The notes under the pieces were generated by a model, which did not search any database, had not been told where the DNA came from, and worked only from the letters and a program-made list of their open reading frames with translations. 24,162 bases of DNA from Ahniellaceae bacterium (GTDB lineage Bacteria; Pseudomonadota; Gammaproteobacteria; Xanthomonadales; Ahniellaceae). Shown in pieces: positions 17,100 through 24,003 of this stretch. Location: positions 1-24,162 of the forward strand of contig JBKJSW010000120.1 of assembly GCA_046595765.1 (NCBI GenBank), given 5' to 3'. The translations under genes were made by a program, and so were the position numbers. Positions within the stretch are counted from its first letter, which is position 1. The number at the start of each line of letters is the position of its first letter.

Positions 17100-19790
17100 T
17101 CAGACGCCGATCGGATTCGCCTTCTCGGGATCGAGCTTGTAGAGCTTGATGGCGCGCGCGGCGTCGGCCGGCTTGAGCGCACCGTCGGCAACCAGCGAAC
17201 TCACCGCGGCGTGCGCGATGTAGTGGCGATCCACTTCGAAATGTCGGCGCAGGTTCGCGCGCGTGTCGCTGCGGCCGAAGCCGTCGGTGCCGAGCACGCT
17301 GAAGCGCATCCCTGCCGGCACGAACGCGCGGATCTGGTCGGCGTAGGCGCGCACGTAGTCGGTCGCGGCAATCGCGGGACCGGTGCGACCGTCGAGCTTG
17401 CCGGTGGCATGGGCGACGCGGGGCGATTTCGCATCGGGATGCAGGCGGTTGTGGCGTTCGCAATCGAAGCCGTCGCGCCGCAGTTCGTTGAAGCTCGGAC
17501 AACTCCAGATATCGCTGACCACGCCGAAGTCCGCCGCCAGCAGTTCGCTCGCCGCGATCGCCTCGCGCAGGATCGTTCCCGATCCCAGCAACTGCACCTT
17601 GAGCTTGGCGCGGCCGCCGTCCTTCAGCAGGTACATGCCCTTGATGATGTCGGGCGCCGCACCCTCCGGCATCGCCGGATGGGTGTAGTTCTCGTTCATC
17701 AGCGTCAGGTACCAGTACGCGTCTTCCTGCTCGGTCAGCATGCGGCGCATGCCGTCCTGCACGATCACCGCGACTTCGAAGGCGAAGGTCGGATCGTACG
17801 CGCGGCAATTCGGGATCGCGCCCGCGAGCAGGTGCGAGTGGCCGTCCTCGTGCTGGAGGCCCTCGCCGTTGAGCGTGGTGCGGCCCGCGGTCGCGCCGAG
17901 CAGGAAACCGCGCGCGCGCATGTCGGCGGCCTGCCAGCAGCTGTCGCCAATGCGCTGCATGCCGAACATCGAATAGAAGATGTAGAACGGCAGCATCTGC
18001 AGGTTGTTGGTGCTGTAGCTGGTGGCCGCGGCCAGCCACGAGCAGAACGCGCCGCATTCGGTGATGCCTTCCTGCAGCACCTGTCCCGCCTGGTCTTCGC
18101 GGTAGAACATGAGCTGTCCCGCGTCCATCGGTTTGTACTTCTGACCGAACGGCGCATAGATGCCGATCTGGCGGAACAGACCTTCCATGCCGAAAGTGCG
18201 CGCCTCGTCAGCGACGATCGGCACCACGCGCGGACCCACGGCCTTGTCGCGCAGGATGAGGTTCAGCACCTGCACGAACGCCATGGTGGTCGAGATTTCG
18301 CGGTCACCGGATTCCTTCAGCAGGCGCTCGAAGATGGCGAGCTCAGGCGTCGGCAACGACTCGTCGGCGCGCTCGCGGCGCTGCGGCAGGTAGCCGCCCA
18401 GCGCGGCGCGACGCTCCTGCAGGTACTTGACCTCGGGCGAATCGGCACCCGGATGGAAGAACGGTACGTCGTCGAGCTGCGCGTCTTCGACCGGTATGCG
18501 GAAGCGATCGCGGAATGCCTTGACCGCGACCGTGTCCATCTTCTTCTGGCCGTGGGTGATGTTCTGCGCCTCGCCGGCCTGGCCCATGCCATAGCCCTTG
18601 ACGGTCTTGGCAAGGATCACCGTCGGCTGGCCCTTGTGCGCGCTCGCTGCCGCGTAGGCCGCGTGCACCTTGACCGGATCGTGGCCACCGCGATTGAGGC
18701 GCCAGATGTCCTCATCGGACATGTTCGCGACCAGCGCCGCGGTCTCGGGATACTTGCCGAAGAAATGTTCGCGCGTGTAGGCACCGCCGAAGGCTTTGCA
18801 GTTCTGGTACTCGCCGTCGACGGTTTCCATCATGAGCTTGCGCAGCATGCCGGTGTGGTCCTGCGCGAGCAGTGGATCCCAATAGCTGCCCCAGACGACC
18901 TTGAGCACGTTCCAGCCGGCGCCGCGGAAGCCACCCTCGAGCTCCTGGATGATCTTGCCGTTGCCGCGCACCGGGCCGTCTAGCCGCTGCAGGTTGCAGT
19001 TGATGACGAAGCACAGGTTGTCGAGGTTTTCGCGGCCACCCAGCGAGATCGCGCCGAGGCTTTCCGGCTCGTCGCACTCGCCGTCACCCATGAAGCACCA
19101 GACCTTGCGGTCGCTCGGCGCCAGCATGCCGCGGCCTTCGAGATACTTGAAGAAGCGCGCCTGATAGATCGCGCTGATGGGCCCGAGGCCCATCGAAACG
19201 GTCGGCGTCTGCCAGAACGTCGGCATCAGCCACGGATGCGGATACGAGGACACGCCGCGGCCACCCGTCTCCATGCGGAAATGATCGAGCTGGTCCTCGC
19301 TCATCCGCCCCTCGAGGAATGCCCGCGCATAGATGCCCGGCGACGAATGCCCCTGGATGTAGAGGAGATCCCCGGGATGCTCCGCGTGCGGCGCGCGCCA
19401 GAAGTGATTGAAGCCGACGTCATACAGTGTTGCCGACGACGCGAAGCTCGCGATGTGACCGCCCAGCTCGCCGGGTTTGCGATTGGCGCGCACCACAGTC
19501 GCGAGCGCGTTCCAGCGAATCAGTGATCTGATCTTCCACTCGAGCGTGGCGTCGCCGGGCATCGCCGGCTGCTGGGACGGCGGGATCGAATTGATGTACG
19601 CGGTGGTCGGCGTGAACGGCAGATTGCCGCCCGCGCGACGCGTCTCCGCGACCAGTTGCTCGAGCAGGAACTGCGCACGCCCGGTGCCGTCGCGCGCGAT
19701 GATCGCCTGCATGGACTCGACCCATTCGCGCGTCTCGACCGGATCGAGATCGGTCCCAAGGTCCTTCCCGGTCTTCGCTTGATCGTTCAT
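17100..19790 (-). CDS. aceE: Pyruvate dehydrogenase E1 component (homodimeric type), 896 aa
   Basis: 'DLDPVETREW', 'ELGGHIASFASSATLYDVGFNHFW', 'YIQGHSSPGIYARAFLEGR', ThDP-binding 'GDGECDEPES...NCNLQRLDGPV', 'GRTTLNGEGLQHEDG', 'LGTDGFGRSDTR'. Confidence 0.97.
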   Translation of the reverse strand: MNDQAKTGKDLGTDLDPVETREWVESMQAIIARDGTGRAQFLLEQLVAETRRAGGNLPFTPTTAYINSIPPSQQPAMPGDATLEWKIRSLIRWNALATVVRANRKPGELGGHIASFASSATLYDVGFNHFWRAPHAEHPGDLLYIQGHSSPGIYARAFLEGRMSEDQLDHFRMETGGRGVSSYPHPWLMPTFWQTPTVSMGLGPISAIYQARFFKYLEGRGMLAPSDRKVWCFMGDGECDEPESLGAISLGGRENLDNLCFVINCNLQRLDGPVRGNGKIIQELEGGFRGAGWNVLKVVWGSYWDPLLAQDHTGMLRKLMMETVDGEYQNCKAFGGAYTREHFFGKYPETAALVANMSDEDIWRLNRGGHDPVKVHAAYAAASAHKGQPTVILAKTVKGYGMGQAGEAQNITHGQKKMDTVAVKAFRDRFRIPVEDAQLDDVPFFHPGADSPEVKYLQERRAALGGYLPQRRERADESLPTPELAIFERLLKESGDREISTTMAFVQVLNLILRDKAVGPRVVPIVADEARTFGMEGLFRQIGIYAPFGQKYKPMDAGQLMFYREDQAGQVLQEGITECGAFCSWLAAATSYSTNNLQMLPFYIFYSMFGMQRIGDSCWQAADMRARGFLLGATAGRTTLNGEGLQHEDGHSHLLAGAIPNCRAYDPTFAFEVAVIVQDGMRRMLTEQEDAYWYLTLMNENYTHPAMPEGAAPDIIKGMYLLKDGGRAKLKVQLLGSGTILREAIAASELLAADFGVVSDIWSCPSFNELRRDGFDCERHNRLHPDAKSPRVAHATGKLDGRTGPAIAATDYVRAYADQIRAFVPAGMRFSVLGTDGFGRSDTRANLRRHFEVDRHYIAHAAVSSLVADGALKPADAARAIKLYKLDPEKANPIGV

Positions 19791-19823
19791 GGCGCCTTTG
19801 GGAATGTCCGAATCGAGTCGCGC

Positions 19824-19851
19824 AGTCTAACGGCTGCCACAGAGCCGGCAA
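19824..19851 (-). promoter_or_regulatory. Candidate sigma70 promoter for aceE
   Basis: Minus strand TTGCCG (19851-19846), 16 nt, TAGACT (19829-19824), about 33 nt upstream of the ATG. Confidence 0.5.
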
Positions 19852-19932
19852 AAACCGCCGTTCGCGCTGCCGCGCGCAGAATCCTCGACCGATGTCGCCA
19901 CCCCCCAATGCGGGTGGTCGTAGCATTGACGC

Positions 19933-20421
19933 ATGGCCTTTTCCCGAAAGCATCCCATGTCGTGTATTCGTTGCGTTGCCGCAAGTGTTCTTGGATGGAT
20001 GCTGGCGATGCAGCCTGCACTTGCACAGACCACTGTCTCGCATGAGCCTGATGCCGCGCCTTCGGAAAATCCCGTTCCGAGCGGCAGCGTCGGCCTGCGC
20101 GGCGCGCTTGATCCCGTGACAGGCCGGCTGGTGGAGCCGTTGCCCGATCGTCAGCTTGTGCCGATGGTTACGGATGTACCGGGCGCGGAACCCGCGATCG
20201 GTGCCCAGGATTTCTCGCGCGTGCGCATGGAGGTGCTGCCCGACGGCCGCGTACACGCGGACGTGCAGGGCCAATTCGACATGGCCTCATTCGCTCGCAT
20301 CGGCGCGAGTGGAACGGCCGAAACCTGGTGCAAGCCACACGCTGCGGGCGACATGGCGCACTCGCATACGCATGCACCCGACCAACCCGGCGCAGCTGCC
20401 GGCACCGCAACTGCACGATGA
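19933..20421 (+). CDS. Small secreted protein coupled to the downstream metallopeptidase (motifs 'LDPVTGRL' and 'PDGRVHADVQGQF...G....WC'), 162 aa
   Basis: Signal peptide ending ALA|Q. Its TGA (20419-20421) overlaps the next ATG (20418-20420). From memory it resembles the family annotated 'post-PEP-CTERM-1 domain' (unverified). Start could be 19957. Confidence 0.7.
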   Translation: MAFSRKHPMSCIRCVAASVLGWMLAMQPALAQTTVSHEPDAAPSENPVPSGSVGLRGALDPVTGRLVEPLPDRQLVPMVTDVPGAEPAIGAQDFSRVRMEVLPDGRVHADVQGQFDMASFARIGASGTAETWCKPHAAGDMAHSHTHAPDQPGAAAGTATAR

Positions 20422-22586
20422 GCTATCGCGCATTTGTATTCATGGCGGCGCTTGCGGGCTTGCTCGGAGCGATTGCCGACACCCGTGCCGCCACCATCAC
20501 TATCGTCAACCTGGATGCAGCAGGCGAAGGCTTCAACGATGCAACGCTGGTGGCTCCCGAAGGCGGCAACACCGGCACTACGCGCGGTGCGCAACGACTG
20601 CAACTTTTTCAGGCCGCCGCAAACGTGTGGGCCGCGCGCCTGCAGAGCAACATCACGATCAAGGTCGGCGCAAACTTCGATCCGTTGACGCCGTGCGACA
20701 CCAACGGCGGCGTGCTGGGTTCGGCTGGCCCCACCGACCTCTACTCCGCGCCGAGCGGCCTGCCGCGTCCCAATACTTTGTATGTGGTGGCTCAGGTGGA
20801 GGCGATTACCGCCGCCAATCAGAACGGCACCGGCAACGAACTTGAGGCACGCTTCAACTCGAGCGTTGACGCCAGCTGCCTCGGTGCCGGCTCGCGTTTC
20901 TGGTACGGGACGGATCCTGCAATTCCCGTGCCGTCGAACCGGGTCGCATTGTTTCCGGTGGTGTTGCACGAGATCGCGCATGGACTCGGATTTATCAGTT
21001 TCGTATGCGTCAACCCGTCGGGATGCGGGCCAGCCGATCCGCACGGAAGCGAATTGGGCGACCTTGATGATGCATGGAGCTTTCTGACTCTTGACCGAGG
21101 TCTGGGCCTCCGATGGAGCCAGATGAGCGACGCGCAGCGCGCGGATTCCATGAACAACGATCCGAACCTGGTCTGGGACGGCGCCGCAGTGAACGCAGCA
21201 CTCCCCTCGCTGCAACCGGGATCGACCGGCACCAACGGCAGCGGTGCATTGCGGCGATTGCGCCTGCATGCGCCGGCAACTATCCAGCCGGGATCGAGCG
21301 TCTCGCACTGGACCAACGCTGCGGCAAGTCCTGATCTCCTGATGGAGCCCTCGCTCTCCACCGGCGTGTTCAACAGCGTCGACATGACGGTGCCGCTTTT
21401 CCAGGACATCGGGTGGCCTTTGGCGGGTGCGCCACCGAATCAGCCACCGGTCATCGCGCGGCCCGCCTCCATCACGATCACCGAAGATATCGCCTCGTCG
21501 ATCACCGGCATCTCGTTCGCCGATCCGGACATTGGCGGCGGCAGTCTGACTGCGACTTTCAGTGTCGGTGCCGGCTCGTTCAACAGCCCCGGTTGTGTGG
21601 GCGTGACTTCGGGCGGCACCGCGACATCGCGCACGCTGATCGGAACGCTGAGCAACCTCAACTCGTGTATTGGCGTCGGGAGTTTTCGCTACACGACGGC
21701 CACGGACTCGACCGCGTCGCTCACCATGACGGTGACCGCGAACGACAACGGCAATACGGGCACGGGCGGTGCGATGACCGATACCGAAATGGTCACGCTC
21801 AACATCACTGCGGTTAACGACGCACCCGTCAGCACTGTGCCAGCGTCGATTGCGGTGAACGAAGATGTGGCGACAGGGTTGACCGGCATTTCGTTCGCCG
21901 ATGTCGATAGTGGCGGGGGCGCGATCACGGTCACGCTGTCGGTATCGAACGGCAGCATCGACTCACCCGTGTGCGCGGGCGTCGTCGTGGCCGGCAACGC
22001 AACTTCGCGCCAGCTCACCGGCACGCTCGCACAGATCAACGCCTGCTTCGGCGGCGCCAACCGTCCGCGTTTCACCACCGCGCCGAACGCGACCACGAAT
22101 GTGCAGTTGACGGTCTCCGTCAGCGACAACAGCAACACCGGCACCGGTGGAACCGGCAATGACTCCGATGCGTTGACCTTGATGGTTACCGCCGTCAACG
22201 ATGCGCCGAGCGTGACCTTGCCGGCCAGCATTGCAATCCTCGTGCCGGGCACGCTGCCGCTGCGCGGAATCGAAGTGGCCGACGTCGATTCAGCGGCCGG
22301 CAACGTGACCGCAACGCTGTCGGTGCCGATCGGAACGCTGAGCGCCATCACTGCGGGCGGGGTTGCGGTTGCGGGCTCCGGCACCGCGACGGTTGTGCTC
22401 TCCGGCAACATCGCCAGTGTCGCGGCGTTTCTCGCCAGCGACGCCGCAAGTTACACCGCCGACGGCAACACCACGCTGACGGTCTCGCTCAACGATCAAG
22501 GCAACTTCGGCTCGGGCGGCCCGCAGGCCGCTGTCGCGATGACGCCACTCGTGCGCGACGACCTCTTCGCCAACAGCTTCGAATAA
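20418..22586 (+). CDS. Secreted zinc metallopeptidase-like protein (HExxH) with three cadherin-like repeats and a terminal DDLFANSFE, 722 aa
   Basis: Signal peptide; 'ATITIVNLD..GEGFND....P.GGN.GTT.GAQRL'; VVLHEIAHGLGF (20967-20981); 'GSSVSHW' and 'LMEP'; three 'N(Q/D)(P/A)P' repeats. Confidence 0.82.
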   Translation: MSYRAFVFMAALAGLLGAIADTRAATITIVNLDAAGEGFNDATLVAPEGGNTGTTRGAQRLQLFQAAANVWAARLQSNITIKVGANFDPLTPCDTNGGVLGSAGPTDLYSAPSGLPRPNTLYVVAQVEAITAANQNGTGNELEARFNSSVDASCLGAGSRFWYGTDPAIPVPSNRVALFPVVLHEIAHGLGFISFVCVNPSGCGPADPHGSELGDLDDAWSFLTLDRGLGLRWSQMSDAQRADSMNNDPNLVWDGAAVNAALPSLQPGSTGTNGSGALRRLRLHAPATIQPGSSVSHWTNAAASPDLLMEPSLSTGVFNSVDMTVPLFQDIGWPLAGAPPNQPPVIARPASITITEDIASSITGISFADPDIGGGSLTATFSVGAGSFNSPGCVGVTSGGTATSRTLIGTLSNLNSCIGVGSFRYTTATDSTASLTMTVTANDNGNTGTGGAMTDTEMVTLNITAVNDAPVSTVPASIAVNEDVATGLTGISFADVDSGGGAITVTLSVSNGSIDSPVCAGVVVAGNATSRQLTGTLAQINACFGGANRPRFTTAPNATTNVQLTVSVSDNSNTGTGGTGNDSDALTLMVTAVNDAPSVTLPASIAILVPGTLPLRGIEVADVDSAAGNVTATLSVPIGTLSAITAGGVAVAGSGTATVVLSGNIASVAAFLASDAASYTADGNTTLTVSLNDQGNFGSGGPQAAVAMTPLVRDDLFANSFE
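21438..22550 (+). repeat. Three ~120-127-aa cadherin/Ig-like repeats (starts 21438, 21816, 22197)
   Basis: Each has 'N.(P/A)P....PASI...ED....TGISFAD.D....T.T.SV..G', ending 'T.....D..N.G.GG', joined by 'TAVNDAP'. The third copy is more diverged. Confidence 0.85.
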
Positions 22587-22636
22587 CTCAGGGGGTGCGG
22601 ATCGCCACCGCGCTGCACCCAATGCGTCTGCGATAG

Positions 22637-22656
22637 GTGGACCTGCACCGTTCTTC
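22637..22656 (+). repeat. REP-like repeat copy A, GTGGACCTGCACCGTTCTTC
   Basis: Matches 24006-24026 apart from a 1-nt indel. Contains a small GGTG/CACC hairpin. Confidence 0.75.
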
Positions 22657-22665
22657 ACACGACCG

Positions 22666-22720
22666 CAGCAACTCCGAGTTGGCCGCTACGATGCGGACTC
22701 ATGAAATATCCGGGTTAGCG
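22666..22720 (-). other. Degenerate attC remnant at the 3' end of the fos cassette
   Basis: Minus strand CGCTAAC-CCGGA (R''-like) ... GGCCAAC-TCGGA-GTTGCTG (L'/R'-like), 55 bp. The L'' arm does not pair, so it is probably non-functional. Confidence 0.4.
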
Positions 22721-23121
22721 CTCAGCAAGCGGTACCGCGCGAGGCGCTGATCAAGCGTGCCACTGTGCAGCTCAAACAAGTGATTGTCGAAGTCGTAGAA
22801 GTACAGCGACATCCCCTCTCCATCGATACGGCTGCGGGGTGGCAGAATCTCCACGCCAAGCGCCTGAAGGCTGGATCGATACACGCGCAAATCAGCCTCG
22901 CTCACTGCGAATGCAACATGTTGGTAAGACTTCTGCGCGGGCGGCTCACCCTCCATGGCCGCGAGCCATACGCCGCCAAGTACAAAGAATTTTTCTCGCG
23001 ACAGCGAGTGGTTCTGACCAGAACTGTCATAGACCTCGCGCGCGCCCAAGCCCCGGCACAAGAATGTGGCCATGCGCTCAAGGTCTCGCACGATAAACGT
23101 GATGTGGCTGATTCCTTCCAT
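22699..23121 (-). CDS. fosX: FosX/FosE-like fosfomycin resistance protein (VOC superfamily epoxide hydrolase), 140 aa
   Basis: MEGISHITFIVRDL, 'SLSREKFF', 'SYQHVAF', 'R..GEG.SLYFYDFDNHLFELH.GTL..RL..Y'. Metal ligands (His, His, Glu) and the FosX-type EKFF glutamate are present. Closest in recall to cassette-borne FosE. The symbol denotes the family only. Confidence 0.9.
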   Translation of the reverse strand: MEGISHITFIVRDLERMATFLCRGLGAREVYDSSGQNHSLSREKFFVLGGVWLAAMEGEPPAQKSYQHVAFAVSEADLRVYRSSLQALGVEILPPRSRIDGEGMSLYFYDFDNHLFELHSGTLDQRLARYRLLSANPDIS

Positions 23122-23124
23122 GGT

Positions 23125-23214
23125 CACTGACGCCGTGTTAAGCCGCCGCCGCGTTGAGCACGACGGAAAAACAATGCGGTGATTTCGGCGGTCGGCCTGA
23201 ACACATAGTCAACC
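23125..23214 (-). other. attC site (90 bp) between the TA cassette and the fos cassette
   Basis: Minus strand: R'' GGTTGAC, 5 nt, L'' GTTCAGGC, CGACCGCCG ... CGGCGGCG, L' GCTTAAC, 5 nt, R' GTCAGTG. The arms pair with two extrahelical bases (C, then A on the top strand), as in canonical attC. Confidence 0.85.
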
Positions 23215-23502
23215 CCGCACGTCCCAGTAGCCGGGACGACGGCGATGATGTGCGACCGCGAGGACTTGAACTATGCCACCGACCTCGCGGAAAAAAACAG
23301 TGAAAGGGACTTGATGCAGCACGGCGCGACGAAGGCCAGACGGCGCCTACGCGGAATGCTGTAGTGGGGCTTCGCACACGCGCTCCAGCGCACTCGCAAA
23401 CTCGGCCAGGTAGCGCGCACCCAATCCAGGTTGCTGGGACTCATAGAACGCGACCTGTTCAAGATGCTCCGCTTCGGCAGCAGGATGGAACGCGTAGTTC
23501 AA
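23209..23502 (-). pseudogene. RelE/ParE-family toxin with an in-frame amber stop at codon 52
   Basis: TTG start overlaps the antitoxin TGA. MNYAFHPAAEAE...YESQQPGLGARY...VCEAP, then TAG at 23349-23347. The same frame continues as APSGLRRAVLHQVPFTVFFRE....QVLAVAHHRRRPGYW to TGA at 23211-23209. Confidence 0.85.
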
Positions 23503-23723
23503 CGAAGCAATGCTCGAGCCTTCCGTGCAACCTGGGCACCTGGAACCAATTGCACAACACCCGAATCGACTCCTCGTGCCCGACGCTCGGCCTCTTCCAT
23601 CCACAAGTTCTCGATCTCGGCAGGAGACAGCACATCCAGGCTCTCCAACAATTCGTGCGCAAGCCTGGCGCGATCTGCTGGCGGCACACTCAAGACTTGC
23701 TCTTCGAGCGATTTCATTTCCAT
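23499..23723 (-). CDS. Putative addiction-module antitoxin (TIGR02574-like), 74 aa
   Basis: 'LSVPPADRARLAHELLESLD......ENLWMEEAERRARGVDSG.V..VP...V' pattern, directly upstream of and overlapping the RelE/ParE gene. Confidence 0.82.
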   Translation of the reverse strand: MEMKSLEEQVLSVPPADRARLAHELLESLDVLSPAEIENLWMEEAERRARGVDSGVVQLVPGAQVARKARALLR

Positions 23724-23730
23724 GGCGGCG

Positions 23731-23739
23731 AGTTTACCA
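23731..23739 (-). promoter_or_regulatory. Extended -10 promoter of the TA cassette (likely leaderless)
   Basis: TGGTAAACT (TGn + TAAACT) ends 7 nt before ATG 23723. No SD sequence in between. Confidence 0.5.
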
Positions 23740-23756
23740 GCGGTTTGTTTGAGCGA

Positions 23757-23780
23757 CGCCAACGCTTGAGCTAGTTGGCC
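23757..23780 (-). other. Internally collapsed attC remnant upstream of the TA cassette
   Basis: Minus strand GGCCAAC-TAGCTCAAGC-GTTGGCG. The R''/R' cores pair (GCCAAC/GTTGGC). The 10 nt between them resemble the usual 'TAGC-TCAAGC' right end, and the central arms are absent. Confidence 0.55.
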
Positions 23781-23803
23781 GCTGCCGCGAGGAGTTTGCG
23801 GGT

Positions 23804-23822
23804 AACGGTGCCAGTTCCACTT
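23804..23822 (-). repeat. REP-like repeat copy B (inverted)
   Basis: Reverse complement AAGTGGAACTGGCACCGTT matches 24004-24022 AAGTGGACCCTGCACCGTT at 16 of 19 positions. Confidence 0.65.
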
Positions 23823-23827
23823 TCCGG

Positions 23828-23974
23828 AGCGACGCCGTCATCGCGGAAATCCGCGCCTACTTGCAACAACAGCGCGTCCTCGGCCACGACGACTTCCGAG
23901 CCCGCGTCGAAGCGCGCGTCATCCGATGCTTCAATGTCCGCCCCGCCCACCGACCGCGCCTCGCGGACAAATGA
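23828..23974 (+). pseudogene. 3' remnant of a Y1 HUH (RAYT / Y1_Tnp-like) transposase
   Basis: This frame is absent from the ORF track. It reads SDAVIAEIRAYLQQQRVLGHDDFRARVEARVIRCFNVRPAHRPRLADK*, matching the recalled C-terminus of Xanthomonadales RAYT-like proteins (IR.YLQQQR.LG.DDFR..VEA....F..VRPAHRP). There is no start codon and no HUH domain. Confidence 0.75.
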
Positions 23975-24003
23975 TCGCGCCAGAATCCGCCGCCCCGCAA
24001 AGT

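Larger units (their letters stand above)
22666..23780 (-). mobile_element. Integron gene-cassette array remnant with no integrase in the window (CALIN-like): TA cassette plus fos cassette
   Basis: Short co-oriented ORFs bounded by attC-like sites. The toxin stop lies inside R'' and the fos ATG is 3 nt after R'. One spot count gave 29/60 GC at 22981-23040 versus 43/60 at 601-660 (single lines, not averages). Confidence 0.75.

Noticed and set aside
14694-19790. Kinase next to aceE as a pyruvate dehydrogenase kinase
   Set aside because: The genes are convergent, and the kinase is a Hanks-type membrane receptor unrelated to GHKL-type PDH kinases. Adjacency alone is not evidence.
17100-19790. aceE without adjacent aceF/lpd
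   Set aside because: Separation of aceE from aceF-lpd is, as I recall, usual in Xanthomonadales and not evidence of a new system.
360-19800. Many long alternative-frame and antisense ORFs (e.g. 519-2669, 506-1585, 6796-8571, 10052-11548, 11867-13288, 14603-16180, 17097-18983)
   Set aside because: They overlap well-supported genes, are Arg/Ala/Gly-rich and lack recognisable motifs. They are shadow ORFs expected in high-GC DNA.
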